The notes under the pieces were generated by a model that ran no database searches, was not told the DNA's origin, and was given only the letters and a program-made list of their open reading frames with translations. Of a DNA stretch of 64,000 nucleotides, positions 40,627 through 50,713 are shown piece by piece. Each line of letters starts with the position of its first letter. Position 1 is the stretch's first letter. The translations under genes and the position numbers were made by a program. This DNA comes from an uncultured Candidatus Binatia bacterium (lineage in GTDB: Bacteria; Desulfobacterota; Binatia; UBA9968; CAXXLF01), in the NCBI GenBank assembly GCA_965218425.1, contig OZ244621.1, positions 928,001-992,000 of the forward strand, read 5' to 3'.

Positions 40627-41655
40627 ATGAACGAGCCCGCCATCGCCGAGCAGGAGATTGCAGCCATTGAGGAGTTTGCAGCCAAGAGGGAGACCCTACT
40701 CGCGGAGATCCGTAAGGTCATCGTGGGCCAAGAGGAGGTCATTGAGGAGGTCCTCATTGCGCTATTCTCCAGGGGACACTGCTTATTGGAAGGTGTGCCG
40801 GGACTGGCCAAGACACTGCTCATCAGCAGTTTAGCGGATATCCTGCATCTGGAATTTAACCGGATCCAGTTTACCCCGGACCTCATGCCTTCGGACATTA
40901 CAGGGACCGACATCTTGCAAGAGGACGAGACCACGGGAAAAAGAAAATTTCAGTTTCTGAAGGGTCCCATCTTCACCAACATACTGCTGGCCGATGAAAT
41001 CAACCGGACCCCCCCAAAAACCCAGGCCGCCCTGCTCCAGTCCATGCAGGAGTATAAGGTAACCGCCGGCGGGGCCACCTATGGCCTGGACCTGCCGTTT
41101 TTCGTATTGGCAACCCAGAATCCCATTGAGCAAGAAGGGACCTATCCGTTGCCGGAAGCGCAGCTAGACCGATTCATGCTAAACATTGATATCAAGTACC
41201 CGCCTTTTGACGACGAAGTTCAGATCGTGCTCCAGACCACTTCTGTTTCGAAGCCGTCTGCCCAGAAAATCATGGAGGGAGCGGAAATCCTGCGCTACCA
41301 GGAACTGGTTCGGCAGGTACCGGCCTCGCCATTTGTCATTGGTTATGCGGTTTCCCTTGCGCAAGGGTCACGACCTCAGCACTCCACGGCACCCCAATTC
41401 GTCAAGGACTGCGTGGAATGGGGAGCCGGACCAAGGGCATCTCAGTATCTGATTCTGGGGGCAAAGGCCAGAACGATTATTCAGGGGCGTTACGCGGTTT
41501 CCATCGAGGACATCCAGGCATTGGCCCATTCCGTGCTGCGCCACCGCATCATCCCCAACTTCAAGGCTCAAGCGGAAGGGCTTTCCTCCACTGACATCGT
41601 CACTCGGCTGCTGAGCGAAGTAAAACCGTCCTCGGACGGAACCCGAGCGCAATAG
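40627..41655 (+). CDS. MoxR-family AAA+ ATPase
   Basis: EGVPGLAKT, RIQFTPDLMPSD, LADEINRTPPKTQ, ATQNPIEQEGTYPLPEAQLDRF. Confidence 0.96.
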   Translation: MNEPAIAEQEIAAIEEFAAKRETLLAEIRKVIVGQEEVIEEVLIALFSRGHCLLEGVPGLAKTLLISSLADILHLEFNRIQFTPDLMPSDITGTDILQEDETTGKRKFQFLKGPIFTNILLADEINRTPPKTQAALLQSMQEYKVTAGGATYGLDLPFFVLATQNPIEQEGTYPLPEAQLDRFMLNIDIKYPPFDDEVQIVLQTTSVSKPSAQKIMEGAEILRYQELVRQVPASPFVIGYAVSLAQGSRPQHSTAPQFVKDCVEWGAGPRASQYLILGAKARTIIQGRYAVSIEDIQALAHSVLRHRIIPNFKAQAEGLSSTDIVTRLLSEVKPSSDGTRAQ

Positions 41656-41659
41656 CGGC

Positions 41660-41857
41660 TACAACCATCTGGCATGGGTCGCCAGGCAAACCACTAACAC
41701 CGATCCGACTGAAAAACACCATTATGCGCATCCGGGAAGCGTATGTCGCAAGGTGGTCAGCCATAGCTCTGGAGCCGTTACGTCTTTTCTGACCGAGTGA
41801 ATACCCGCCTTGTGCCGCCCGTACCTGGGAAATCCAGCGGTGTGAGGTGCGCGGCAT
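41660..41857 (-). pseudogene. Possible remnant of a Y1 (RAYT/IS200-like) transposase
   Basis: MPRT then, after a frameshift, PLDFPGT resembling RAYT N-termini; no HUH core remains. Confidence 0.2.
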
Positions 41858-42096
41858 GGCTCTGGCCGTTGACGTCGTAAGCAGTTCATAAATAAGCAGC
41901 CATAGGACAATCGAAGACCGATTCCAGAAGAGCGCGCTTCATTGGCCTGCACCCTTTAGGCTTTGGCCCGAGCTCACCAGCCCTCACCCGTTGGGCCTTC
42001 TTTTGTCTGAGAAAGTGGGGGGGTGTTGTCTTAGGTCGATAGAAGGATAATAATTGTCGCACCATGAATGGGACCATCGATTAGAGGTGCTATGGC

Positions 42097-42987
42097 ATGG
42101 AAAATGACTTGAAAAGTTACTTTGACCCACTGATTTTGGCCCGTCTCTCTAATCTTTACTTAAAGTCGCGTTGGGTCGTGGAAGGAATCATGTCCGGCAT
42201 TCATCGCAGCCGATCCAAAGGCTTCAGCGTGGAGTTTGAAGAACACAGGGAGTACTCTCCTGGAGACGAGATCCGCCGTATCGACTGGAAGGCTCTGGGT
42301 AAATTCGACCGGTTCTTTATTAAAGAGACTGAGGATGAAACGAATCTCAGGGCCTACGTTATATTAGACGTAAGCGCCTCCATGGATTACTCCTCTAACG
42401 GGATTACAAAGTTCGCCTATGGCTGTATCCTTGCCGCCTCCCTGGCCCATCTCATTATCAAGCAACAAGACGCCGCCGGTCTCGTGACCTTTTCCGACCG
42501 CATCGAATCGTTCATCCCCCCCCGAGCCAAAAGAGGCTACCTCATGGAGCTCCTCCGTGCCCTGGAGGGAGTTACACCAGCCGGAGAAACCTCGGTGGGA
42601 AAGATCCTCCAAGAGGTGGCGGGAAAAATGAACCGGCGCGGCCTGGTTATTCTCATTTCAGATCTTCTAGATGAGCCGCAATCCATTCTCGAGGGCCTGC
42701 ATCTGTTTCGCTTTAAAGGAAACGATGTCATTGTGTTTCACTTATTGGATAACGCAGAGCTTGAGTTGCCCTTCGAGGGCAACATCCTGTTCGAAGATAT
42801 GGAAAAGGCGGATCTCAAGGTTACGGCCGATCCCAAGGCTATCCACCGTGTCTACATTAACGTAGTGCAAGAGTTCATCGAACAAATCCGCAAAGACTGC
42901 CGGGAGAGATCCATTGATTATCAGCTCTTATCCACATCAACGCCCCTTGACCACGCCCTGGTGAGCTACCTGAGCTGGAGAGGTTGA
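42097..42987 (+). CDS. DUF58 (vWA-like) MoxR partner protein
   Basis: GFSVEFEEHREYSPGDEIRRIDWK, ILDVSASM, LISD. Confidence 0.94.
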   Translation: MENDLKSYFDPLILARLSNLYLKSRWVVEGIMSGIHRSRSKGFSVEFEEHREYSPGDEIRRIDWKALGKFDRFFIKETEDETNLRAYVILDVSASMDYSSNGITKFAYGCILAASLAHLIIKQQDAAGLVTFSDRIESFIPPRAKRGYLMELLRALEGVTPAGETSVGKILQEVAGKMNRRGLVILISDLLDEPQSILEGLHLFRFKGNDVIVFHLLDNAELELPFEGNILFEDMEKADLKVTADPKAIHRVYINVVQEFIEQIRKDCRERSIDYQLLSTSTPLDHALVSYLSWRG

Positions 42988-42994
42988 CGGCCGA

Positions 42995-45121
42995 ATGCCT
43001 TTTTATTTCCTTCAACCCGTATTTCTCTATGGTTTGATGGCGGCCTCCATCCCGCTCCTCATCCACCTGTTGAATCGCCGTCGGATGAAGCGGATCCGTT
43101 TCCCCGCAGTCCGCTTTGTTCTCCTCTCACAGCGACGCATCACGCGCAGCTACCGTCTACGTCACTGGCTCATCCTGGCCCTTAGAACCATGGCCATCGC
43201 CCTGCTGGTTTTTCTCCTGGCCCGACCCATATTTCAGAGCGGCGTTGGCCTGTTTGCCAGCGGCGGGGCCAACTCCTCGGCGGTGGTGCTCGACAACTCC
43301 CTGAGCATGAAATGGAGCCAAGACCGACAAGGATTTGAAAAAGCAAAGGAGGCGGCTCGCTTGCTCATCTCATCCATGGGGGAGGGAGATCAGGTTGCCC
43401 TGGTCCCCACCAACGCGGCAAACCCATCGGCCATGGAGCGGATCCGATTCAGGGACAGGCGGGAATCTCTTCTTCGGGAACTGGACGGCATCCAGCTTGC
43501 GGCGGGGACCGCCGATTTCTCTTCGGCCCTGGGAAGAGCCTATGAGCTTTTGCAGTTGCCTGCGGCACAGAAGAGCATTTGGCTGATAACGGACCTGGCA
43601 CTCACTGGATGGGATCGTTTTAATCTCTCATCCCTAGGACAAATCGATCCGTTAATTCCATTGAAAATCATCAGGACCAGGAAGGAAGCGGAGCCCCTCA
43701 ACGCCACCATCCGGGAAGTTAAATTATTAAATCAGGGGCTGGCCGTGGGACTGCCGCTGCGCCTCGAGGCGGAGATCATTAACTTCAGTGACCGGGAGAT
43801 CGAGGATTTGGCGGTGGAACTCAAGCTGGACGACAAGAGCAGAGAGCAAAGGCTGGTCACGTTGGCCCCTAAGGAAGAACTGAGAGTCAATTTCCAGTTC
43901 AAGTTGGCCCAGACCGGAGGCCACCGGGGAGCCGTGTCCCTCAAGAAGGTCGGGGTAACGGGGAACTCAACCATTAATTTCGTGCTGGAGCCCCAGGAAA
44001 AAGTGAAGGTCCTTATCGTGGACGGTGATCCCAAGACCTCTCTGGTCCAAAGCGAGACTTTCTTTCTGAACCGTTCGCTCAACCCCACGGGTGAGCTAGA
44101 CTCATCTCTATTTCTTCCCACGGTAATCATTCCTGAGCGGCTGAAGTCTGTCTCCCTGAAATCCTACCAGGTGCTGATTCTATGCAATTTGCCGGCGATC
44201 CCCGAGGAAAATTTACCGAGACTTACAGAATACCTGCGCGGGGGTGGAGGCTTGCTGATTTTTCTTGGCGACCGTGTCCGAAAAGACGCTTACAACCGAA
44301 AGCTTTACCAGTCCAACACTCCCATCCTGCCCGCCCAGCTTGAGGCCCAAAGGGTTTTGACTCCTGCAAAAGGAGAGACCCTGGCAAAGGTGGATACCAA
44401 CCATCCAATCTTGGAAAGATTTTCCGACGAGATTCTTAGAACCTCCCTCGAGTCCATGAAGATCCACGGTTACTTTCGCACCGGTTCGGCCGACGGAGCC
44501 AGCCTGTTAGCTTTGGCCAACGGTGATCCAATCCTGATGGAAAAACAAATTGGACGCGGACGCGTCCTGCTCTTCACCACCTCTGCCGACCGTGACTGGA
44601 GCGACTTTCCGTTCAAAACCGCCTACCTTCCACTGGTACAATCTTTGGTCACCTACCTGTCCAGAGATCTGAAAGGAACCGCGGATACCGGCATCGCAGC
44701 GGGGTCGGCAAAAACTTTTATTCTTCCGCCCTCCTATGTGGGCAAGAACATGCGCATCGTAAAGCCGGATCTCAGGCAAAGGGAAATCACCATAGGCGCC
44801 AATGGACAAAAGGCCACTGCCTCGTTCAAAGAAAACGACCTTGCCGGCATCTATCAACTGTCCCTGCAGGCCCCCCAAGGTTCAGGCCGCGTTCCTGTAC
44901 CGACGCTTTATGCCGTAAATCCCCCGTTTCTTGAATCGAGACTCAAGGAGATTGGCACGGAGGAGCTTCAAGCGAAGATCAAGCCAATCAATTTTGAGAT
45001 CATTAATCTGGAATCCCTGCAGCAGGGGGGCACCAAAATGGACCTTTCCCTCCCCTTGCTTCTCCTTGTAATGGCGATTCTGGCTACGGAGGGCTGGTTG
45101 TCCCAGCGAGTCCATGAATAG
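42995..45121 (+). CDS. BatA N-terminal double-TM + vWA + Ig-like + GATase-like membrane protein
   Basis: IPLLIHLLNRRR...FPAVRF...LALR...LARP; MIDAS DNSLS; GGGLLIFLG; GRGRV; C-terminal TM ending EGWL. Confidence 0.85.
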   Translation: MPFYFLQPVFLYGLMAASIPLLIHLLNRRRMKRIRFPAVRFVLLSQRRITRSYRLRHWLILALRTMAIALLVFLLARPIFQSGVGLFASGGANSSAVVLDNSLSMKWSQDRQGFEKAKEAARLLISSMGEGDQVALVPTNAANPSAMERIRFRDRRESLLRELDGIQLAAGTADFSSALGRAYELLQLPAAQKSIWLITDLALTGWDRFNLSSLGQIDPLIPLKIIRTRKEAEPLNATIREVKLLNQGLAVGLPLRLEAEIINFSDREIEDLAVELKLDDKSREQRLVTLAPKEELRVNFQFKLAQTGGHRGAVSLKKVGVTGNSTINFVLEPQEKVKVLIVDGDPKTSLVQSETFFLNRSLNPTGELDSSLFLPTVIIPERLKSVSLKSYQVLILCNLPAIPEENLPRLTEYLRGGGGLLIFLGDRVRKDAYNRKLYQSNTPILPAQLEAQRVLTPAKGETLAKVDTNHPILERFSDEILRTSLESMKIHGYFRTGSADGASLLALANGDPILMEKQIGRGRVLLFTTSADRDWSDFPFKTAYLPLVQSLVTYLSRDLKGTADTGIAAGSAKTFILPPSYVGKNMRIVKPDLRQREITIGANGQKATASFKENDLAGIYQLSLQAPQGSGRVPVPTLYAVNPPFLESRLKEIGTEELQAKIKPINFEIINLESLQQGGTKMDLSLPLLLLVMAILATEGWLSQRVHE

Positions 45122-45890
45122 GCGAGAATTTTTTCGAAACCTTTCCTGTGGCCTGCTCATGGCCAATGGACTATCGCCCGGGGCGCTTTTTGCCAGCCAC
45201 CCGAGGGAGGAAGAGCGTTCTGTCCAGTTCGTCTTTGCCCAGGTGAAGTACCGTGGAGGCGATTGGAACCCACGCCCCCTTGCTGTCAATCCCCTCATGC
45301 AGGAACTCATGCGGCGCACCAGTATTGAAGCGTCCACCACGAGTCACGCCGTGAGCCTCACCGATCCGAGCATGTTCTCCTACCCATTCCTCTACATGGC
45401 CGGGAAGTACGACTTTGAGCCCTTTTCTTCAGAGGAGACCGCTGCTCTAAGGCGATTCCTTTCCTATGGAGGATTTCTCCTGGCCGACGACGCTTTGGGC
45501 CAACCCGGCTACGGCTTCGATAAGAGCTTTCGCAGGGAAATCAAAAAGATATTTCCACAGCAGGAGTTCAAACGAATCCCCTCAAGTCACGCGGCCATGC
45601 GCAGCTACTATTTGCTCAAACGAATTGGCGGGAGGAGATTGATCAGCCCGGTTCTGGAGGGCATTACCGTGGGCAACACGACACCGTTGATCTATTCCCA
45701 CAATGACCTTGGGGGCGCCTGGGAAAGGGATCAGTTGGGAAGCTGGGTCTACCCATGCACCCCGGGTGGCGAGCAACAGAGGAAAGATGCCTTTCACGTG
45801 GGCATCAACCTCATCCTCTACGCCATGACGGGAAACTACAAAGAAGACCTGATCCATGCCCCTTTCATTAGGAAGAGGCTGCAAAGGTAG
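45114..45890 (+). CDS. DUF4159-family protein with Tat signal
   Basis: MNRREFF twin-arginine motif; YPFLYMAG, GGFLLADD, NDLGGAW, GINLILYAMTGNYKED. Confidence 0.85.
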   Translation: MNRREFFRNLSCGLLMANGLSPGALFASHPREEERSVQFVFAQVKYRGGDWNPRPLAVNPLMQELMRRTSIEASTTSHAVSLTDPSMFSYPFLYMAGKYDFEPFSSEETAALRRFLSYGGFLLADDALGQPGYGFDKSFRREIKKIFPQQEFKRIPSSHAAMRSYYLLKRIGGRRLISPVLEGITVGNTTPLIYSHNDLGGAWERDQLGSWVYPCTPGGEQQRKDAFHVGINLILYAMTGNYKEDLIHAPFIRKRLQR

Positions 45891-45932
45891 GTTGACGTAG
45901 AAGGAGCCATGGGCGGACAGGATGATTGAAAC

Positions 45933-48179
45933 ATGGAGAAACTGACATTTTTCGGTGGACTACCCACCTGGGGCCTCATTCTCATTGCCCTGGCGGCATG
46001 TGTTCTCCTGGCCTACCAGTACCGCGGTCTAAGGGAACACTTGAGTCGACGACAAAGCGCCCTGCTGGTTTCTCTCAGGGCAAGCGTCTATGCGCTGCTC
46101 ATCTTATTTCTCGCCAACCCTGTATTTGTGGAGCAGCGAGTGACACGGCTTCGACGGCCCTTGATTCTCCTCTTGGACACTTCCGAAAGCATGAGGTTCC
46201 CGGCCAGCCAACAGGCCAATGGCGGCAAAAGCCGTATCGATATTCTCAAGGAAAAACTCTTGGAGGGAAAAGATCCCCTCATCCAGCGTCTCGCACGGGA
46301 CTATGACTTGCGTTTGTACCAATTCAATACAACCCTGCAACCGTTGGGATTGGAGTCCGTGAGAAATCTCACCGCCCACGGAAAAGGAACCCGACTCCTC
46401 GAGGCCCTGGGAAAAGTGGGACAAGATTCGCCTTCCACCGCAGGCATTATCGTCTTGAGCGACGGGATAGCCAACGGAACCCGAAGCCTGGAAGCGTTCA
46501 GCTCACTTTCCATGCCGGTCTTCACGGTGTCCATAGGAGAGGTGGAGGGCTTTACCGATTTACGCATTGCCAAGCTGCGTATACCCGAATTTGCCTTTCG
46601 AGGCAGGGAAATCAAAATGGATTTCACCATTGAAGCATACGGCCTCGAAGGAAAAGAGGTTCCACTCTACTTTACCCGGGGGAGAAACCTTATTTCGACT
46701 CGTTCCATCACCATCAATGGGGACCCCTTTAAGGAACAGGTGTCGCTGACCTATACGCCCAAGGAGATCGGGCCTCACAGTTTCAGCATAAAACTGCCCT
46801 CCCAGGCAGGAGAGCAGATTACTCAAAACAACGAGAAGGATTTCAAAATCGACGTGCAACGGGACAAGATTCGAGTCCTGAGTCTTTCCGGCTCCCCCTC
46901 GTGGAACTACCGGTTCCTGCGCCTGGCTCTAAAACAAGACCTCTTTATTGACCTTATATCTTTCGTCTTTCTCAGGACTCCCACCGATGCTGTGGATGTG
47001 CCGGAAAATCAACTCAGCCTGATACCGTTCCCCATTGATGAGATCCTACAGGAGCTGGAGAATTTTGATCTGATTGTCTTTGACAATTTCTCCCACCGCT
47101 CCTACTTCAACACCACGTACCTGGAGAAGATCAAGGATTTCGTCAAGGAGGGCGGGGGATTTGCCATGTTGGGAGGGATTCGGTCCTTTGACAGCGGGGG
47201 ATACTTCGACAGTCCCTTCAATGGGCTCTTGCCAGTGGAGCTGGACGGCAAGGGAGGCTATCAGATGAATACCAACTTGCAGGCCGGGCTTGCCGCAGCC
47301 GGAAAAGCCCACCCCGTCACCCGGATCTTCCCTGATCCTCGAGCCAACGAAGAGGCATGGGAAAAGGTCCCCTCTCTGACCACGTTCAACCGAGTCGTGG
47401 GACCCAAAGGGGAGGTGCTCCTTTGGGCTACACGGAACAACGCCAACAGGGGATGGCCCCTTTTAACCGTAGAGAAGTTCGGTAAGGGACGGACTCTGGC
47501 GCTCTTGAGTGATGATCTGTGGCGTTGGAACTTTATCGCCGTCGGGGAGCAGGAAAGCTCACAAATTCACCAGAGGGTGATCCGCCAGGCGGTTCGCTGG
47601 CTCGCCCAGGAATCCCTGTTCGAACAGGTACGAATCGTTTCCATGGAAGGTTCCAAAAGCCCCGGAGAACAGTTGGAGTTCCTCGTGAGAGTCCTAAAAG
47701 ACGATTTCACGCCTGCCCCACAGGGAGCAATTCAGCTTCGGGTTACCGGTCCCGACGGTGAGAAGATCCCACTGGAGGCCGTACCCAGCGGCATCGAAGG
47801 GGAATATACCGCCGCATTCACGCCCACCAAAGAAGGGACTTACGAGCTCTCCGCGGCAGGTGAATTATCGGGAAAGATTTTGGGCGAAGACAAGAAAAAT
47901 TTCATAGTCTCCTTTGCCCGGGCGGAGATCGAAGACGGCAGGCCCCGTGTGGACCTGCTAACCAGGATCGCTGAGATTAGCCGGGGGGACTCCATACCCG
48001 TGTCACAATGGAGCGATAATAGCTGGAGGGAAATCATCGCAAAATTAAAGACCCGCAGCCCTTCTGAGATCGTTGAGCGAACGGAAAATCCCCTGTGGAG
48101 TTCCCCATGGATTCTCGCCCTCATACTTCTACTGCTGGGATTCGAATGGTGGCAACGCAGGAGCTGGGGACTCGTTTAG
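45933..48179 (+). CDS. Membrane protein with vWA and glutamine-amidotransferase-like domains
   Basis: Two N-terminal TMs, MIDAS DTSES...SDG, GGGFAMLGG, LLPV, GKGR...WRW, C-terminal FEWWQRRSWGL. Confidence 0.85.
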   Translation: MEKLTFFGGLPTWGLILIALAACVLLAYQYRGLREHLSRRQSALLVSLRASVYALLILFLANPVFVEQRVTRLRRPLILLLDTSESMRFPASQQANGGKSRIDILKEKLLEGKDPLIQRLARDYDLRLYQFNTTLQPLGLESVRNLTAHGKGTRLLEALGKVGQDSPSTAGIIVLSDGIANGTRSLEAFSSLSMPVFTVSIGEVEGFTDLRIAKLRIPEFAFRGREIKMDFTIEAYGLEGKEVPLYFTRGRNLISTRSITINGDPFKEQVSLTYTPKEIGPHSFSIKLPSQAGEQITQNNEKDFKIDVQRDKIRVLSLSGSPSWNYRFLRLALKQDLFIDLISFVFLRTPTDAVDVPENQLSLIPFPIDEILQELENFDLIVFDNFSHRSYFNTTYLEKIKDFVKEGGGFAMLGGIRSFDSGGYFDSPFNGLLPVELDGKGGYQMNTNLQAGLAAAGKAHPVTRIFPDPRANEEAWEKVPSLTTFNRVVGPKGEVLLWATRNNANRGWPLLTVEKFGKGRTLALLSDDLWRWNFIAVGEQESSQIHQRVIRQAVRWLAQESLFEQVRIVSMEGSKSPGEQLEFLVRVLKDDFTPAPQGAIQLRVTGPDGEKIPLEAVPSGIEGEYTAAFTPTKEGTYELSAAGELSGKILGEDKKNFIVSFARAEIEDGRPRVDLLTRIAEISRGDSIPVSQWSDNSWREIIAKLKTRSPSEIVERTENPLWSSPWILALILLLLGFEWWQRRSWGLV

Positions 48180-48197
48180 CACGTTAAGGAATGACCT

Positions 48198-48998
48198 ATG
48201 GTCCAAAAACGAATCGGAAGATGGATCCAAATCATGGTGCTTTTGACCGCGGTCCTCCTACTTCCTGCCGGGGGTGAGAGTTATTGCCATGAGATCGAAG
48301 TGACCCGGAGACCCCTTATGAGAGTGGCCATGGGAGGAAGTCCCTCGGTGACCATTCAATGGTTCGGCCACGCCACTTTCCAGATCACTTCTTCTAAAGG
48401 GACACGAATTTTAACCGACCCACATACAAGGGACGATTTGCCATGGCCCACACTCCCGCAGCATATCGTTACCACGAGCCACAACCACGGGCCCCACAGT
48501 AACGTATGGATGGCCGGTGGCGATCCTGTGGTACTGGAGGGGTTAACCTACGAGGACAATTGGAAGAGAATTCATAGGATCGTAAAAGATGTGGCCGTTT
48601 ACAACGTCCCCGCGTACCATGACAAGAGCCATGGTCTTCAAAGGGGGAAGAACAGCATATTCGTCTACCGCGTCGATGACATCTGCATCGCCCACCTGGG
48701 TGACCTCGGGCATATCCTAACCCCTGCCCAGCTTAAGATGCTGGGGAAAATAGACGTCCTCTTGGTGCCGGTAGCCGGGGGAAGATACACCGTCACCCCT
48801 GACGAGGCCAATCAAATAACTAAACTGGTTAAACCTCCCATTGCCATACCGATGCATTACTGGTGGGAAGGCGCCGTGGAGGACTTCACCCGGGGGAAAT
48901 TCCCGGTTAGAACTTTCGCGGGAAGCACTCTCAGAATATCGAAAAAAGGCCTTCCCAAATCCACCCATATTTATGTTCTGGGTTGGGGAGAGGATTGA
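48198..48998 (+). CDS. MBL-fold metallo-hydrolase, probably exported
   Basis: WFGHATF, TDP, SHNHGPH, HLGDLG, IPMHY; N-terminal signal. Confidence 0.88.
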   Translation: MVQKRIGRWIQIMVLLTAVLLLPAGGESYCHEIEVTRRPLMRVAMGGSPSVTIQWFGHATFQITSSKGTRILTDPHTRDDLPWPTLPQHIVTTSHNHGPHSNVWMAGGDPVVLEGLTYEDNWKRIHRIVKDVAVYNVPAYHDKSHGLQRGKNSIFVYRVDDICIAHLGDLGHILTPAQLKMLGKIDVLLVPVAGGRYTVTPDEANQITKLVKPPIAIPMHYWWEGAVEDFTRGKFPVRTFAGSTLRISKKGLPKSTHIYVLGWGED

Positions 48999-49013
48999 TC
49001 CCGCCGATAGTCT

Positions 49014-49215
49014 GCGCCAAGACGCAAAGCGAACTCAGCAACGAGTAGCGATCTCTGAGCGGGAATTCAATAAAAAGGGAACGGTTGAGCGTGCGCCCTG
49101 AGCCGTCCCCTTAATGCGTAACACTGGCCTCACGGTTCTCTGCCGGCTGCTTACCGCTATCCGCCCACCCGTTTCCCCTCGTGTCTCGGCGCGAAACATT
49201 CCATTGAAATTGTTC
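49014..49215. repeat. REP-like inverted repeat pair, second family copy
   Basis: GCGCCAAGACGCAAAG at 49014-49029 and GTCTCGGCGCGAAAC...TTGAAATTGTTC at 49183-49215, related to 21453-21491. Confidence 0.5.
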
Positions 49216-49324
49216 TGTTAAGCTTTCTATCCCAAGGCGTGTTCATTCGCACCATAAATCCACCGGTCCTGTCAAGCCATCAAATAATCTAACCCTAGCC
49301 GGGTTCGTTGCGTCATGACAAAAT

Positions 49325-50599
49325 CTAACCGAACTTCTGTGACATCTGTCGTTTCATCTCCTGTTGCTGGCCCTGCAGTTTCTTGCTAAACGTCCACTCC
49401 CTCCACGGCGTGTGTTTCAGAGGCGGCCTTTCCCGCGGTGCTCTGTCTGAATGGCTGGCCAGCTTGTAGAGCCCCTGAAGTTGCTCATCGATTCGGCCAC
49501 AGAGTTCAAAGGGATCGGTTGTCTTAAGCGTGTGACTGAGGGCTGCCAGCTTTTTGGGATCTCCCTTTCGGGACTCCACCACTCGCTCAAGGGGGCTACG
49601 GGGCATGTCATAGCGGCGAATCAGTCGAGAGCCTTTACGGATTTTACATTGTAGCTTCATCGAGGGCTGGAACAGATTGTGGAAGATCCTAAGCTCATCA
49701 TAGAGTCGGTTGGTAACCTCTAAGGCCTTTGCCGTGTCGTAGCGGTCCCAGCCTATAAGCTTTCTGACATGGGTCCAGTTTTTCTGCTCGATGTGGGCGT
49801 TGTCGTCCTTTTTGTAGGGGCGTGAGCGGGTGAACTGGATGACGCGGCCAGATGGGCGTTGTTGACACAAGGTAAGAAGTTGGTTGTTGATGAACTCGCT
49901 GCCGTTGTCGGAGTCGATCCCCTTGAGGGGGAAAGGAAGTTGGTGTTCGATCTCGGTGACCGCATTCAAGATACCGAGGCTGCCCTTACCCATGACAGCC
50001 TTGCGCTGTACCCAGCAGGTGGTAATGTCCACGCAGTCCAGGCTATGAATAAACTCCCCAACCGCTGAGGCCCCTGAGTGTAACACCAGGTCAATCTCCA
50101 GATAGCCCGGAGTGTTCACGTCCCAATGATCGGTCTTGATGGGAATCATCTGCTTTAGCAGTGATCCGGGCCGGGTGGTGCCATAGACTCGCCGTTTCGC
50201 CCTGTGCTTGGTTGCCCTCAGGCGCCGATCCATCTGACGGGCACTGATAGCCAATAGCTGGATCTCTAACGGTTGGCTCAGCTCGAAGTGTTGCCTTATC
50301 CAGGGCAGCCAGTGCACCAGGGCGGCCTTCAGACGTTGGGAGCACAGATACCCCGAGGCCTCCCACACCTTTGCCAAAATCCTTACCATCGCCTGACTGT
50401 ATGCAGGCGAGCGAGATACACTTCGTTTGCGTACGGCTACTTCGGGCACAGGGCGGTTTAACAGCCAGATGGCATATTTACGGTTGTAGCCGCAAACCTT
50501 GCAGAATTGCTCCAGGATCATCCCCTTCTCCGCCCGTGGTGCGTGCTGGTAGCGGTCATAGATGGATCGTAAATACTCCCGCTTGGATCGTCGTGCCAT
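49325..50599 (-). CDS. DDE transposase (rve integrase core)
   Basis: EIDLV, DSDNGSEF, RSRPYKKDDNAHIEQKN; N-terminal CGYNRKYAI helix. Confidence 0.92.
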   Translation of the reverse strand: MARRSKREYLRSIYDRYQHAPRAEKGMILEQFCKVCGYNRKYAIWLLNRPVPEVAVRKRSVSRSPAYSQAMVRILAKVWEASGYLCSQRLKAALVHWLPWIRQHFELSQPLEIQLLAISARQMDRRLRATKHRAKRRVYGTTRPGSLLKQMIPIKTDHWDVNTPGYLEIDLVLHSGASAVGEFIHSLDCVDITTCWVQRKAVMGKGSLGILNAVTEIEHQLPFPLKGIDSDNGSEFINNQLLTLCQQRPSGRVIQFTRSRPYKKDDNAHIEQKNWTHVRKLIGWDRYDTAKALEVTNRLYDELRIFHNLFQPSMKLQCKIRKGSRLIRRYDMPRSPLERVVESRKGDPKKLAALSHTLKTTDPFELCGRIDEQLQGLYKLASHSDRAPRERPPLKHTPWREWTFSKKLQGQQQEMKRQMSQKFG

Positions 50600-50683
50600 G
50601 ATGAATCCTTCCATGGTTGCCCTCCTTGAGCCCTAAAATGAGCCCTTGGAGGGTTAGAATTACAAATGGCGCAATACGAGGGT

Positions 50684-50713
50684 TTGACAGGGCAGTGAAC
50701 GATCGGATATGCT
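50684..50713 (+). promoter_or_regulatory. Outward-facing sigma70 promoter at the IS end
   Basis: TTGACA-18 nt-TATGCT pointing at the MFS gene. Confidence 0.5.
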
